Positions 12,238 through 25,099 of a stretch of DNA of 64,000 nt are shown here, one piece after another; position 1 is the first letter of the stretch; each line of letters opens with the position of its first letter. The translations under genes and the position numbers were made by a program. The notes under the pieces are model-generated. The model made no database searches and was not told the DNA's origin. It saw only the letters and a list, made by a program, of their open reading frames with translations. This DNA comes from Camelus ferus (taxonomy: Eukaryota): positions 3,784,001 to 3,848,000 of the forward strand of contig NC_045696.1 of assembly GCF_009834535.1 (NCBI RefSeq), written 5' to 3'.

Positions 12238-14107
12238 TTGAGCAATTCCTGAATGAGGTCTTTTCACTTGGGGCTTTTGAAAAACAAAGACATTTCAGAG
12301 AAGAAGTCAATATTTTGGCTGAAATACTTAAAAGGTTATGTAACAATGAAAAGCCTGTGAGTGGTTCTGGTCCCCGTGATACAAGGGTTGATCCTGGGGC
12401 CTGACGCTCCCTTCCACGGATACCTGGGAAGCACTTCTGGCTGGAGGAGGGGCGGAGGCGTCCAGGTGCCGGGGGCTTCCTCCTGGCCCTGGGGTCTTCT
12501 TCCTGACTCCCTCCGCTCTCTCCCGGTGCTCGTGGTTTGCTCATGTCCTGAATAATGAACACTCATTTTCTGCTCCTCCCATCAGTACTGCCATTCCCCG
12601 TCTCTTGGCCTGGAACATCCTGGACACATCACCCAACAGTGGCATCATTTTACCTTGGATTTTCACCGACAGATCTTGTTGACAACATGACTTTGGTGTC
12701 GTAAATGTGGAGCCAGCCAAAGCCATGAGGATGTACTATGTCTGAGGGGAGGCCCCTTTGCCCTGTTAGACTGGAAGGTGAGAAAGAAAGCTGTCTGGTC
12801 GACTCTGACACACGGGTGATGCCTGGTCTGGTGTCCCCAGCCGTTGGCCTCCGTCTGTGGTCTAGGATGGCAGCCGCACTACAGCCAGAAGGAGGCAGGA
12901 CAGGAAAGGAGGCCGCGTCCACCGCCCCAACCATGTAGGCACTGCCCATTCTGTGTCCACTTCCATCCCACGGCCAGATCTTGGTCACAGGGAGGGGGGT
13001 GGGGGAACTGCATTTTTATTCTGCCTGGCAGTACGTCCAGCCAGGAAGTGGAGGGTGGTGATGACAGAGGAAGGAGACGGGACAGTAAGGGAACTGCCAC
13101 CGGGGAGGTGTGGGCTTCAACCGGACGGAGGTGGGGGGCGAAGGAAACACAGGGGCCTGGGTGCCAGACTGCCCAGGCACTGGTGCCTCTGTGACTCTAA
13201 AAGGCTCAGCATGGCCACCTGTGTATCCGGGAAAGTTCAGATCTGGGGTCCAAGTTGAAAGTCTCCAGTTAATAAGCAGTTTTACCCTCTAGGAGGAAAA
13301 CCCCAGTCTGCCTAGGAAAGTAAAATTATTTTCTTACTTGGCAAGAGTCTTCAAAAACTAGGAAGGCCTAGAAGTCAAGATGGAAATGATGGAGCAACTT
13401 TAAGCCCCTGGAGCTCAGGGAAGGGACCGTGTCTGTGACAACGCTCTACTGCAACTCCTAAGGAACTGGTTTCTGGAAGGTCCTTTCTAGGGGTAAAGAC
13501 GATGAAGTTATAACAACTCAGAAAGGTCACCGCTAAGGTGCCTAACTTGGGTATTTTTTTCCAGAGCTGTTTTATTGCTTTCAGTTTGTAGAACTTGGGG
13601 ACTGTTTCCATTTGTACGGAAAAAAAAAGACAGCGACAGACACGATTCAGTGAACATTCAGGCTGCCTTGCTGGTGGCCCTGTGACCAACAGAAACACTA
13701 GCCGGCCTTCAGGCCGGGCAGGACACGGGAGCAGTGTGTTCCCTCTGATGCTATCTGACCGCCCCGATGGCCCCACGTGAGGTGGGCCGGTGGGGTTGTT
13801 GTTCCTCCTGGGGTTTCCAGGAAGATGCGGGCTTTCTCACAACCCTGTCTTCAAGCTCGGAGAAGCCCCTGGAACTCCTCCTGGCCCTTTTCTACAGCTC
13901 TTCCCCCCACCCCTTCCAGCGGCCCCCTAGGATGGGTTCTTTCCCTCTGCATCTTCATTACGTCTGCTGAAAAGACAGAGTCAATGGAGGTCTGCGCTTG
14001 CACCATTATAATATAACGCCCACCACAGTGGGGGCTCCCCCAGAGCAGCACCCCAACCATGAGCCTGGCCCTGCCCATGGGGAACACAAGTCCCTGCTCG
14101 GGAGGCT

Positions 14108-14392
14108 ATGGGGGCATGGGGGGCTGTGGGGGCGGGGGGGCTGTGGGGACGGGGGGGGCTGTGGGGGCATGGGGGGGGCTGTGGGGGTGCGGGGGGGGCT
14201 GTGGGGGCGGGGGGGCTGTGGGGGCATAGGGGGGCTGTGGGGGCGTGGGGGGGCTGTGGGGGCGGGGGGGGGCTGTGCTGGGGGCGGGGGGGGCTGTGGG
14301 GGCATGGGGGGGCTGTGGGGGCGGGGGGGCTGTGGGGGCGGGGGGGCTGTGGGGGCGCCGGGGGGGGCTGGGGGGGACGGGGGGGCTGTGAG
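14108..14392. repeat. G-rich minisatellite, unit ~GGGGGGCTGTGGGGGC(R) (~16-19 bp, ~15 copies)
   Basis: Tandem 'gggggctgtggggg' units are directly visible. Confidence 0.95.
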
Positions 14393-14454
14393 GGCTTTCA
14401 CCTGGAGTCGGTCTCTGGATGCTCTTTGGAAGCAATGAAAATTGCAGGGGAGAG

Positions 14455-14520
14455 TGGATATACACCAAAAATTGACACAACATTGTAAACTGACTATACT
14501 TCAATTAGCAAACAAACAAA
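14455..14520 (+). mobile_element. Very short L1 3' end
   Basis: tacaccaaaaattgacacaacattgtaaactgactatacttcaat matches the 3' terminus of the other young L1 copies. Confidence 0.8.
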
Positions 14521-15539
14521 TGAAGGGAAAATGGGTAAAAATCTCTTTTTCAGGCAGGTGTGTGAGGTCTGCCCCCAGCCCAGGCACTTCCCTGCCAGAA
14601 GATCATTCCTTCTGGGGTGAGGCATCACTTTCTGGGGTGAGGGTCATATCCTGGGAGTGAGCGAGGTCACAGGTGAGATGCTCACTGGACCCAGAACCAG
14701 GGGGCTCTGTGTCAGACGCCTGAGTCTGCATCTGACTTGTCACCCTTGTGTGACCTCAGCTAAGCTTGGGTTTCTGAAATCTGGAAATCCAGCTTGGATT
14801 TCTGTTCCACAACCAGAGGCAGCAGCAGCCAGTACCCAGCAGCCAGGTCTCAGCCACAGCCGGCACACTGGGCTGCGGGCTTCTTGTCTCTCGGGCGAGC
14901 AAGGTCTCCCAAACCAGTGACATGCTGGAGACCACTAGGGACCCAATGGGGCAGGTGCCTTTGGTTTGGACCATTTTCTACTTTGGGGGGTGGGCTGACA
15001 CCTCTGCTAGATTCATATGCATTCATAGAAAACTGTTAGCGCTGCAGATGTTTCTGTCTGATGACAACAGTTGAATTCTGTGCTGTGGAGATGCTAAGAG
15101 TTTATCAACCGACAGATCATCATCCCAGGGAGAGTTTTATTGCATTGTGGGGCCCTGTGCAATCTGCCAGCATCACCCCAGCCGCCTTCTGTCACAGAAC
15201 ACAGTCTTCCGTTTCCTATGCACTCTTGGAACCAGCTGTACCGTCCCACTGGCGTCCTTATAATTGGGATCAGTATCACCGCCAGATGCTTACTTCTTAG
15301 GAGTCAGACTTTTGACTGTCAGACAGTTCTGCTTCCCCAAGGCATCCTCCTCTGCTCGCATTCTGTCCCAGCGGCCGCGCCTCCTCCATCTCCTCCGTGT
15401 GCCCCCACCCTCGTGTCAACTTCCACGTCCTCCCACCCACATTCACCCCTAGCGGATTCATCCAGTCTCAGAACTGGACCGATCTTGTTGAGACTCCAAA
15501 ATTCCTCTCTCTCCAGAACGGACCCCTCCTACCAGTTCT

Positions 15540-15892
15540 CAACCTGTACACTTGCCCCCACATCTTGTGAGCATCCCAAATCTAATGAGTCGAAACTGAA
15601 CTCCTGATCACCTGCTTCACCCCAACCTTGCTTCTTCCTCAACACAGCACATGGCAAATCCATCCTTCCAAATGTCCAAGCTGAGGAGAGGTGGAGGGTA
15701 ACCAAACAGCCAAAATGTCACGGCTAAGAATAAGGCCCGCTGGTCTGCTCAGTCACCCCACGGCACCGGCCCCGCCTCTCTGCTGTTTGTTCTTTCTCAA
15801 ACACCAGAAGCAGGATCCTACCTCGAGATCCTCCATCTCACTCACATCTCACACTCGCACGTGGGGAAATGCTGCTGGCTCCACTTCCCAAG

Positions 15893-15924
<32 letters not shown>

Positions 15925-16100
15925 CAAGATTGTCTTAGCATCTCCGCCACGCCACCCTGGTCCAGGTCACCCTCACTCTCTCACCTGTGTCATTGTGACA
16001 GCCCCCCACTCCGTCTCTTATGTGCCTTTGTCCTTTTGTAAAAGTGATTCTCTAACCAGCCCTCTGCTCTGAGCCCTCCAGTAGCTTCCTTCTTTTGACA
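15540..16100 (+). mobile_element. L2 LINE fragments with an internal (CCAGAA)n microsatellite at ~15893-15924
   Basis: aaactgaactcctgat, catccttccaaatgtccaag and gctccacttcccaa are L2-like motifs. The hexamer repeat is directly visible. Confidence 0.55.
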
Positions 16101-16109
16101 AAGCTGTAG

Positions 16110-16290
16110 ATCCATCGTTCTCAAATGGGAGTGAGCATTCAAAATCAAGTGGAGAGGCAGCGAGCCTGCAGATTCCTGAGACCCACCCGCAGATATTCGA
16201 TGCCATAGGTCTGGGTTGGGCCTGATAATCTGCATCTCTACAGAGTTCCCAGGTGATGCTGCTGCTCCTGGTCCTCGCCCTCTGTCATCC
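16110..16290 (+). mobile_element. MER5A-like hAT-Charlie MITE
   Basis: gttctcaaa...taggtctgggttgggcctgataatctgcatctcta...ttcccaggtgatgctgctgct. Confidence 0.75.
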
Positions 16291-16319
16291 ATTCTCCCGT
16301 GTGGTCCCCTGTGAACCAC

Positions 16320-16770
16320 ACCTCCCAGCATTCAAGCCTTGGCATGGTCCCCTCCTCTTAAATCTGGCTGGCCCTGTGACTCACTTGAGTCGATAGGATG
16401 CGGCAGACGTGGTTGTTGGTGGGTCTAAGCCTTGAAGATTTGGCAGCCTCCACTTTTGCATGCCTGGTGCTCTGAGCCACGACGTAAGAAGGCCAGCTTC
16501 TCTGCCTGAGAGGTGAGTGGAGAGAACTAGAAAGTCCACAGAAGGGAGAGAGGCCTTAGGATCATGTGGAGAGAGAGGAGCCCAGCCATCCAGCAGCCCT
16601 GTTCTGGCCAGCCCCCAGCTGGCAGGCCAGCTAAATGCAGCCACAGCAGGGACCACTGGCAAGACCAGCAGAAGAGTCCCCAGGCTGAGCCCAGCCCAGA
16701 CTGCAGACTCCTGAGACACCAGAATGGGAGTTGTTTGCAGCCATGACGTTCCGGGTGGTATGTCACCCTC
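16320..16770 (+). mobile_element. MLT1E/F-like MaLR solo LTR
   Basis: aaatctggctggccctgtgactcactt...aagaccagcagaagagtccccaggctgagcccagcccagactgcag. Confidence 0.75.
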
Positions 16771-16879
16771 TTCTCTCCTCTCATCTCAGCACTTGCTGCT
16801 GTTCCCTCCAGTCACTCCACTCCAAAAGCATTGGCCTTTATACTGCTTCTCAGACCCATTAGCACAATCCTGCTAATGG

Positions 16880-17155
16880 GTGGGAGGGCGGGTGTGTGGG
16901 TGGATGGATGGTTGAGTGGTGGGTGGATGGGTGGAAGGATGGATGGATGAATATGTGGTTGGTTGTGTGGGTGGATGGTTGATTGGTTCAGTGGGTAGAT
17001 GGATGGATGAATGTGTGGATGGATAGTTGGGTGGGTGGGTAGATGGGTGGATAGATAGGTGAATAGATAAATGAATGGATGGGTGGTTGGTTTATTGAGT
17101 GGGTGGGTAGTTAGTTGGATGGGTGGATAGATGGATGGGTGGATGGATGGATGGA
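16880..17155. repeat. Degenerate (TGGA/TGGG)n simple repeat
   Basis: Directly visible. Confidence 0.95.
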
Positions 17156-19319
17156 CAACCTTTACTTCTCTAGCTTGAGGTTTAGATGATGTTCCCCAGG
17201 GCTTTGCCAGTTCTGTTTGCCTGGAGTCCCATAATTTTTGAGGCAGAATGCTTGTTGTAGAAAGTCTTAAGCTAGGAGGAAAGTGTGAGTAACTTATAAG
17301 TAAGACAAGAATGAGAAAGTGATTGTGGTGGGTGGAAAGGGGGAAGCACCCACGAGGGGGCAGACAGAAGACACTGAGAGGGAACAGAGACACTGGGTGA
17401 AGCGAACGGAGTCTGGCAGCTTTGAAGGTGTCCCCAGTTGCAGGTCCAATTACTTCTAATAACACCTTGGAGCTCACGGCGCCCTTCTTCTGAGAGCTCA
17501 AAGCCTTTTACTGGCATCATGAACCTGCATGACATTCCATTGAGGGAGATACTGTTACTACCATCACCACCGTTTAACAAGCAGGGCAGCCTGCAGAAGT
17601 GGGAGCGTTTGCCAAGGTCACGGGCAGCTCACAAAGGGTGGAGCCAGGCACGCAGGGAAATGTTCCCTCCGTCAGCAGCCACCTCCCGGCCAGGTGAGGA
17701 GCATGGCCTGCCTGACCCGGGCTCTCAGGGGGCGCCCAGCCGTGCACTGCTGGGGGTTAGTAAGTCACCGGGTGGAGCGACACACTGCGAGGTCACAGAC
17801 GTTGCCAGCTTCGTTCCCAAGCAGAGGACGTCCCGACGTGGGGTTTGAGTGACTCCTTCTAAGTGACTCGATGTGTCAAGGCTAGACCCGGGACAGGGTG
17901 AGCCTCAGGGCCGGGAGGCCGGGGTTGTCCTTGGGCGGAAGAAAACACCGCAGCAAGCAACGCCTGCTGTGCCCCAGGAGACCGCTGCCCTGCCGGCCCG
18001 GCCCCCCAAAAAAAAAGACCCCAGTCCTTGTCTCACCCGGAAGATGAGTTTACAGTCGGGAGACGGTGCGTTGTGCAGCGAAAGGCTTATTTAGACAAGG
18101 AAAATCACGCCTCCGGGAACGGCCGGGCTGGCCCCAGGGAGGCGGAGCCGCGGCTTGTGTCTCCGCTCTGCCTTGTGCCCCACGGAGAGGTGGCCTCGTG
18201 GTTCGGCGACAGGCTCTTGTCCCTGGAGTGCTTGGTCATGTTTGCTCCCGTCTGCGCCCGTCCTCACCCGCGGTGTGCACGGACAGACCCACGGGGCGCC
18301 TACACCGCAGTGTTAATTATAATACAGGGAACACGGGGTCCTGTCCGGGTAAGTCCTTTCTGCTACCGCGCAGGCGTGGCTGTCGGGCTCTGACCGGGTT
18401 CTTGCTGGCAGCAGTTAGAGGTAAAGTCCCTTTATGCTGGAGGCAGGCGTAGCGCTGTCTTCCAGACCATCCTCCCTCTCCTCCACCTGTCTGCCTGGTG
18501 CCCCCACTTATCTAACTACCTAACACCACCCCCTGGGGCCTCCAGCCCCCTCGCTGCAGGCCTCGGCATCTCAGCTTGTCCCTCTGCTGTGCCGGGCGTC
18601 TCTCCCCCCAGCTTGCTCTTACACACCCCCCCTGCCCCAGGGCTTAACCGAGCTCCTGGGTGTCACCAGGCAGGGCTGAGGGGTCTATAGGTCAGGAGGC
18701 GGGCGGAGTGGCTGGCATCACTCAGGCCTGAGTCAAAGAGGTAAACTGTCATATAAACCAGTCCCCCCTCCGAAGGAAAACAGAAAACAAAAAACAAACC
18801 ACAGACGCAATTCCCAGCGCCAGCCAAGCAGGCACCTGAAAGGGCAGGATTTTTGGCTTCATTACATCAGAAGTACCCTTTGTACCTTTATTGAAATGAG
18901 AAAAATGCGGCGCATTCTCGAGCTGCTCTGGCCTCCGGGGAGTCCTGTGGAGACTGGCAGGGGTGAGGCTGCTAATCACCCTTGCCTGGGGCAGGAGTCT
19001 TCCTCCTACAGGTTCCCAGGCTTCAGAGCGGGAGGGAGCAGCCCTGGTGGAGGGGTACGCCCTACCTGGAATGCAGGGCTGCTGAGAAATGGGCCTGAAA
19101 GCCAGAGAAGGAAGGTGGGGCGGGGGAATCGCACCGGCTGTACTGCGCTGGGGAAGCTGCTTGTGCCCTATGACTGCAGAAGACCCCCACCAAACAGGCT
19201 GTCAGCTTCCTTGGTAGCCAGAGGCTCCCTGGCCACAGGACTCTGGTCTTGAAAACCTTTGTAGCTTCAGAGGCAAGCATAACTCCAGGCACAGCAGCAG
19301 GGGCTCAACACTTTTCTAT

Positions 19320-19645
19320 GAGATAGATGGATGGTGGATGATGAATGGATGATGGATGATGAATGAAGGATGAATGGATGGATGGATGAATGTTGAATGG
19401 TGGATGGGTGATGAATGGATAATGGACGATGTGAATGGATGGATGGATGAATGATGAATGGTGGATGGATGATGAATGGATAATGGATGATGGTGATTGG
19501 ATGGATGGATGGATGGATGGACAAATGATGGATGAATGATGCATAGTGGATGGATGATGAGTGGATGATGGATAATGGATGATGAATGAGGAATGGATAG
19601 TGGATGGATGGCTAGATGAACAGATGGATGAATGGACAAATGAAC
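19320..19645. repeat. Degenerate (GGAT/GAT)n simple repeat
   Basis: Directly visible. Confidence 0.95.
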
Positions 19646-20501
19646 AGGATTCTAGGACATAAGGAAGAGGTTTGGGAACCTGCCCACATCCCCAATGTAG
19701 CATGCTTAAAAAGGCCAAGCTTACATATGGGGTGTGTGGGGAGGAGCCCCCTATGCCCCACGCAAGCAGCCCAGCCAGACTCTTGGGCATCTCTCAGCCT
19801 TTGAGAGCCACGGGGCTCGGTCAGATGGCAGAGCAGGAAGGAGGAGTGAGCGAGGGAGAAAGCGGAAAGCTGAGAACTGGGGCAGCAGGGCCTCCCTGCT
19901 CCCCTGCCACTCGGCCCTGCTCTGCCCTTCCTCCCAAATCAGGCCAGCTGGCTCCAGCCAGGTTGGCGGTCCTCAGGAGAGTCTAACCTGGGGCCTGGCT
20001 CTGCCCTGTCATCAGGGGCTTCAGGTGGCCCAGTTACACCTGTCCTTTCACTAGCATCTTTCATCTGGCTGGGTCACAGTGGAGGGCTGTGATTACAGCC
20101 CCACCTTACAAGGGACGTGAAACTGGGGCACCCCTAATGTGCCCTTCATGCTGCGGCAGGACTTTGCTCGCAGGACTTTGCGAGCTGCCGGTGAAGTTCT
20201 CAGAGCTCCGGGGAGGGGGCACTATGTGCACGTTGCTGCTGGAGGAAGCCCCCCTCCCTGGTTGTTGGTTCTGTGTCCGGTGCCTGGGGGAGGAGGAGAA
20301 GGCTGAGAGGTAAAGGAGGAACTTGGTCGCCACTGTCCAGCTGGACCAGGCTCCCAGGCTCCTAGGCCCCGGCGACTGCAACACCTGGGAACATCGGGGC
20401 CAAGCCAGCACCCTGCACCTTCCTGCCAAGGCTCTGCTCCCCTGTCTGCCCTCATTTCCTCTCCCACCCGCTGGGCCTGAAAGTGTACCTCCTTTTGCAG
20501 G

Positions 20502-21190
20502 CAGAGGGGGTTTACCAGGAAGTGCATGAGCTTAAGCCCAGGGCCTTCATCTGAATGACCCCTAAGGGTATGCAGGGCTTCTGGGAGCTATAGAGTGTTG
20601 TAGTCTGAGAGGAGAGGCCAGAAGGCAATCTATATAGCCACTTCTGGTCAATTGCTTAAAAAGATTGCAGAAGAGAGACATCTGAATGTCCACAGCTCTT
20701 GCGATTTCTTGTCATTTGTTCATATTCTAAATATGAATTCACATTTATGCCTAATTTTGTGTGTACATCAGAATGTTAATTTTAGAAGATGTTTTATAAA
20801 GTCAGGGGACTTCTGTTTTACTTTTGCTATTAATATCTCTTTCAAGTATATATTATTCTAAAATTTACATCAAAGGAACTTGGTCCTTTTTATTTGATTA
20901 TTTAAAAAATTTTAAGTAAATTTATTTTCTTCTACTCTTTTTTTTGGTGGGGGTGGGAGGTAATTAGTTCTATTTATTTATTTATTTATTTACTTATTTA
21001 CTTATTTATTTAGTGGAGGGACTGGGAATTGAACCCAGGACCTTGTGCATGGCAAGCACACAATCTACCACTGAGCTGTACCCTCCTCCCACCACATCTA
21101 ATTTTGATTTAATAATTTTGTGTTCTGTTCCTTAAAGAGGGCCCCCATATCATATAAACTTCAGTCCTGTAACACCTGGTTGTGGATCAG
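20502..21190 (+). mobile_element. MER115-like hAT-Tip100 element interrupted by a SINE
   Basis: The 5' end cagagggggtttacc...agcttaagc..cagggcc and the 3' end cttaaagagggccccc...aaacttcag resemble recalled MER115 termini. Confidence 0.6.
20925..21090 (-). mobile_element. tRNA-derived SINE, camelid Vic-1-like
   Basis: Minus strand GGGAGGAGGGTACAGCTCAGTGGTAG...GGTCCTGGGTTCAATTCCCAG (A and B boxes), then (TAAA)n, CTAATTACCTCC and an A-tail. Confidence 0.85.
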
Positions 21191-21500
21191 GGTGGGCATT
21201 AAGCCCCCTGACTGGTGTCCCTGGAAGAAAAGGGAATTTGGACAGAGACACCTGCCGAGTGAAGGTGGAGAAGGGACGGGAGCGATGTGTCGAGCCCAGA
21301 GCCCGGAGCCTGCTGGCAGCCCGGAAGCTGGGGGAGGAGGAAGGAACAGGTTTCCAGTCAGAAACCTACAGAAGGAAATGATCCCGCCCACACCTGGATT
21401 CCAGGGTTCCGGCTCCCGAATTGTGAGAGGACAGGAATTTCTGTTCCTGTAGGCGCCCGTTGTGTGGCGCTCTGTCACAGCGGCCCCAGGACACTGACAC
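21190..21500 (+). mobile_element. MLT1B/C-like MaLR LTR fragment
   Basis: tgactggtgtcc...ggacagagacac...gaagctgg...gaattgtgagag...tctgtcacagcggccccaggacactgaca. Confidence 0.8.
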
Positions 21501-22170
21501 CTTACGGGAGGAAAGAAGGAGCTATGAAGATGGAGTAAAATTCTGGTTTTCAGGGGAAATGTTTTAGACCATCAGCAGTTCATGTGTGGCTATTGATCAG
21601 GTTGGTAATTTTGACTCTCAGATTGTGGTTGTGAACAGTGATCGTCGCGATTTTTGCTAATGATTGTGCAACAGTTTAAATCCCTGGGAAGGAGATGGCT
21701 GACACCACGTCAACACAGCCGTCAGCACCCCGCATCTTGGCTTCCTCAGGGGTGCTGGCTGATGGAAACCTTTTTTTTTTTTTCCTTTTTAATCATAGCT
21801 GCCTGAATTGCTCAGCATTTCTTAGACGGCCTCATAAAGCTCGTGATGGCTCTAGTCTTGTGCAGACCCCGTGAGTCACTCCAGGGGTTTAGAGATGAAT
21901 GAGGCCGAGCCGGCTTCCCAGGAAGATCAACCACCGGTCGTGGCTGGGCCTACGGGGCCGGGGCCGCCGGAGGGATGACTCACGTGGGCCCGGAGGCACG
22001 GCCACGTGGGTGGCTGGGAAAGCGCAGGACCTGAAGGCCGCGATCCGCCGTGTCCACATGTTTTGGGGGGGCGTTTCTTCATTTTGTTGTTTCTTTTTGT
22101 TAGTGTATATAGTACAGACCACATAAGTGGAAGTGTCCCATTTATAGCTGTGTACATATGAGATACCTCT

Positions 22171-22173
<3 letters not shown>

Positions 22174-22218
<45 letters not shown>

Positions 22219-22450
22219 GAGATAGCTCTAGTTATATTTATATATATACTATATATATACACGCACCTATATATACAGGACACCTCTCTTTATATGGTCT
22301 GTGCTATGCACTATATGCTATATGTGTGTGTGTGTGTGTGTGTATCGGTATATGTCCCCGCCTCTGTCTCTGTTTCTCTCTGTATATATATAGAGAGAGA
22401 CACACACTATATACAGGGTACCATATCTTGCATATATTATAGATACAGTA
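22174..22450. repeat. (TA)n / (TG)n compound microsatellite
   Basis: (TA)n at ~22174-22217 and (TG)n at ~22323-22342, with TA-rich flanks. Confidence 0.95.
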
Positions 22451-24124
22451 TACCGAGAAGGACTAAACCAGTGGTTTTCAGATTTTTAAAGCTGGAGAAC
22501 TTTCTTTACTGTGAAACACGCAGAAGAACGTGCACAGACGGGAAGAGCACAGCGCCACGGAAGATCACGAGGTGGGGAAACCCCGCGGGACCCCCCCCCC
22601 CAGCAGCCCTGCGGGAATCCGTCCCCAGCGCCTGGAGGACAAGAAACACCTGCTCAAAGAGAAAGCAAGCCTGCTACTTAGGGAGGTGTGCTTGGGCGGA
22701 AATTACCACCAGAAAGGTTACTCCTGCCAAGGTTCTGGTGGTGGAAAGGAGGACGGAGTGTGGGCAGGGATTGCTCAGGGTGGGGAGGGAGCACAGGCGC
22801 CAGGACCTTGTCACCCTCCCTGGAACCCCCCCGGGCCCCCACCCCTACCTGCCATTACGGCGGTGGCACCCTGCATGTGTTCCGTGCACGCGCGCACCCA
22901 GGGTGCTCCCTCTGCAGTTAATGTCCCTCGGGGTCGTGAGCAGCTTGGAGCCAGTGTGAGCAGATGTGAACCTTCCGTCCAGGTCTTCCTGGGGGTTAAG
23001 TAGAGGCCGACGCTTCCCTCTCCCTTCCTTCCTCCCTCTCTCCCGCCCACCCTCCTGTTCACGTTTTCTCTCTCCCTTGCTTTCTCCAGCACCTTCCCTC
23101 CCCTCACACTGGGCACCCAGGCCAGCAGGGTGGTGAGGACCTGCCTGCTCTGGACGGGGCCAGGGAGCACCGTGCCCTCTGCCAAGATGCACCCGGGAGG
23201 GCGAGGCTGCACCTGGTCTCGTGAATGCCCACAACAGTGCCCTTTCTCAGTGCCTCTGCCCTCCACCCCAGGGAAGGTCCACTTTATACCCAATTTCCAG
23301 CCCCGACTACCAAATCTTTTCCTCCCAGAAGGCGTATACTTGATGAAATTTGTAAGGAACAACCTGTGACCTCAGGCTCCACAAAGGGCTCATACTCTGC
23401 TTGGGGGGCTCTCATTTGGATGATCCCCTCTACTCCTCCAGACACTGCGAATCCTGCTCACCTTCTGGTAACCCACCTCTTCCAGGAAGCCTCCCTGGGT
23501 TGCCCTAACCCTGTGAACCCTTTGTCAACTGCTCCCATTGTCCTGGGATCTACATCTAGCTTCTCAGCCCCACCCTGCTTGCAAGAGAATAGGGGTGTAA
23601 ATGCCGCAAGCTTTCTGGATGGTTTCTTGTTCTATTTCTCTCAAAGTTAAATGCGCCCCTATCCTCGGGCTGAGCAGTCCCATTTCTGGAATCTATTCTA
23701 GAGATGCTCCCCAAACTGCTTTAAGAAGGATGGACAAGAAAATTCATTATATAATTATATACATAATAAATAAACCTCAGCATATGCATTCAATGGAATA
23801 TTCAGCAGCCATTAAAAAATTGAGGACGATATCCGTGGAACACAGGGAAGTGGGAAATACCATGTCTAGCACAGGACTATGTTCAGAAGAATCTCAGACT
23901 CCCCATGAGTGTGAGTGCTGTGTGCACAGGAGCAGACGGGGAGGACTCCACCAGCCACGTGGGTATGGCCCTCGGGCAGGTGAGCAGGCGGGTGGGGGAA
24001 TCTTCCACTGTTTTCTTTATATCATCTGTCTTGTTCCAACTTGTTGCGTTAGGCAGCTCTCATAACTTAATTACTTTTAATTTTAGTCACCTTCATAATA
24101 AAAAAAATGAATAAAACAATATGT

Positions 24125-24365
24125 CAAAACATGTAGAACGTGCAAGACCGAGAGTAAACCCTAATGTAAATCATGGACTTCTTCGGTACTAATAATGTAT
24201 CAAAATAAATTGGTTCATCAATTGTCACAAAGACACCAAGCTGGTAAGGATGTTTCTTGCAGGGGAACCTATGTGGGGGCAAGGGGCATATGGGCACTCT
24301 CTGGATAGCTGGATACATTTTTTTTCTGTAAACCTGAAACTGTTCTAAAAAATAAAGTTTGTTTC
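24125..24365 (+). mobile_element. Old L1M 3' fragment
   Basis: gagtaaaccctaatgtaaa...ggcatatgggcactctctg...tgtaaacctgaaactgttctaaaaaataaag. Confidence 0.75.
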
Positions 24366-24412
24366 TTAAAGAGAGAGAGAAATAAACCAGTTAATGGAGA
24401 CTTGGAGCAGAG

Positions 24413-24625
24413 CAGGGATTGGCAACTTCTTTTTCTGTAAAGGGCCAGATGGAGACTAGTTTTGGCTTTGAGATCCTGCAGTCTCTGTCGCAAATACTCA
24501 GACGTGCTGTCACCGTGCAGAAGCAGGGGCAGCTAATGAGCTCATGTAAGTGAGCGAGGATAACTGTATTCCAATAAAACTTTATTTACACAACAGGCAG
24601 AGTTGTCGTTTGGCAGTCCCTGGTG
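24413..24625 (+). mobile_element. MER58A-like hAT-Charlie MITE
   Basis: cagggattggcaac...tctgtaaagggccagat...ccaataaaactttattta...ttggcagtccctg, with terminal inverted repeats. Confidence 0.8.
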
Positions 24626-24770
24626 CAGAGGCATTGAACGAATCTGGGTGAGTTTCACATCCGATTGAGGGGAAAGCTGAGAAGTCACCCCCTCACCTTG
24701 GGCTGGCTGGCAAACCCAGGAAACAGTGGGTGCTTTTCCTTGGTATTGCATGTGGCTTTTTACCAGAATC

Positions 24771-24978
24771 AAAATGGATTTAATCAATAAATAACAAGGA
24801 CCTACTGTATAGCACAGGGAACAACTATATTCAATATCATATAATAACCTATGATGAAAATGAATATGAAAAGGAATTTTCATATAACTGAGCCACTATG
24901 CTGTACACCAGAAACTAACAGCCTTGTAAAGCAAGTATACTTCAGTTAAAATACTTTTTAAAAAATGGATTTAAACAA
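24771..24978 (+). mobile_element. Short L1 3' end with TSD
   Basis: L1 3'UTR flanked by aaaatggatttaa at 24771-24783 and 24962-24974. Confidence 0.9.
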
Positions 24979-25099
24979 CTGATTTTGTATACGTTGTTTC
25001 GCACTGTCTGAGCCCAACAGAGCAGAAGGTCGCTGACAGCCGGAGTTTCAGGGAGAGCAGTGCTGATAATTTAACTGGAGGAATTGATTAGGAAAAGAA

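Noticed and set aside
12654..12741. 88-nt minus-strand exon candidate (AG...AAG|GTAAAA)
   Set aside because: The polypyrimidine tract is weak, and no recognisable peptide appears in any frame.
13998..14504. Gly-rich/Pro-rich ORFs resembling glycine-rich KAPs or extensins
   Set aside because: They are translations of a G-rich minisatellite that is open in many frames.
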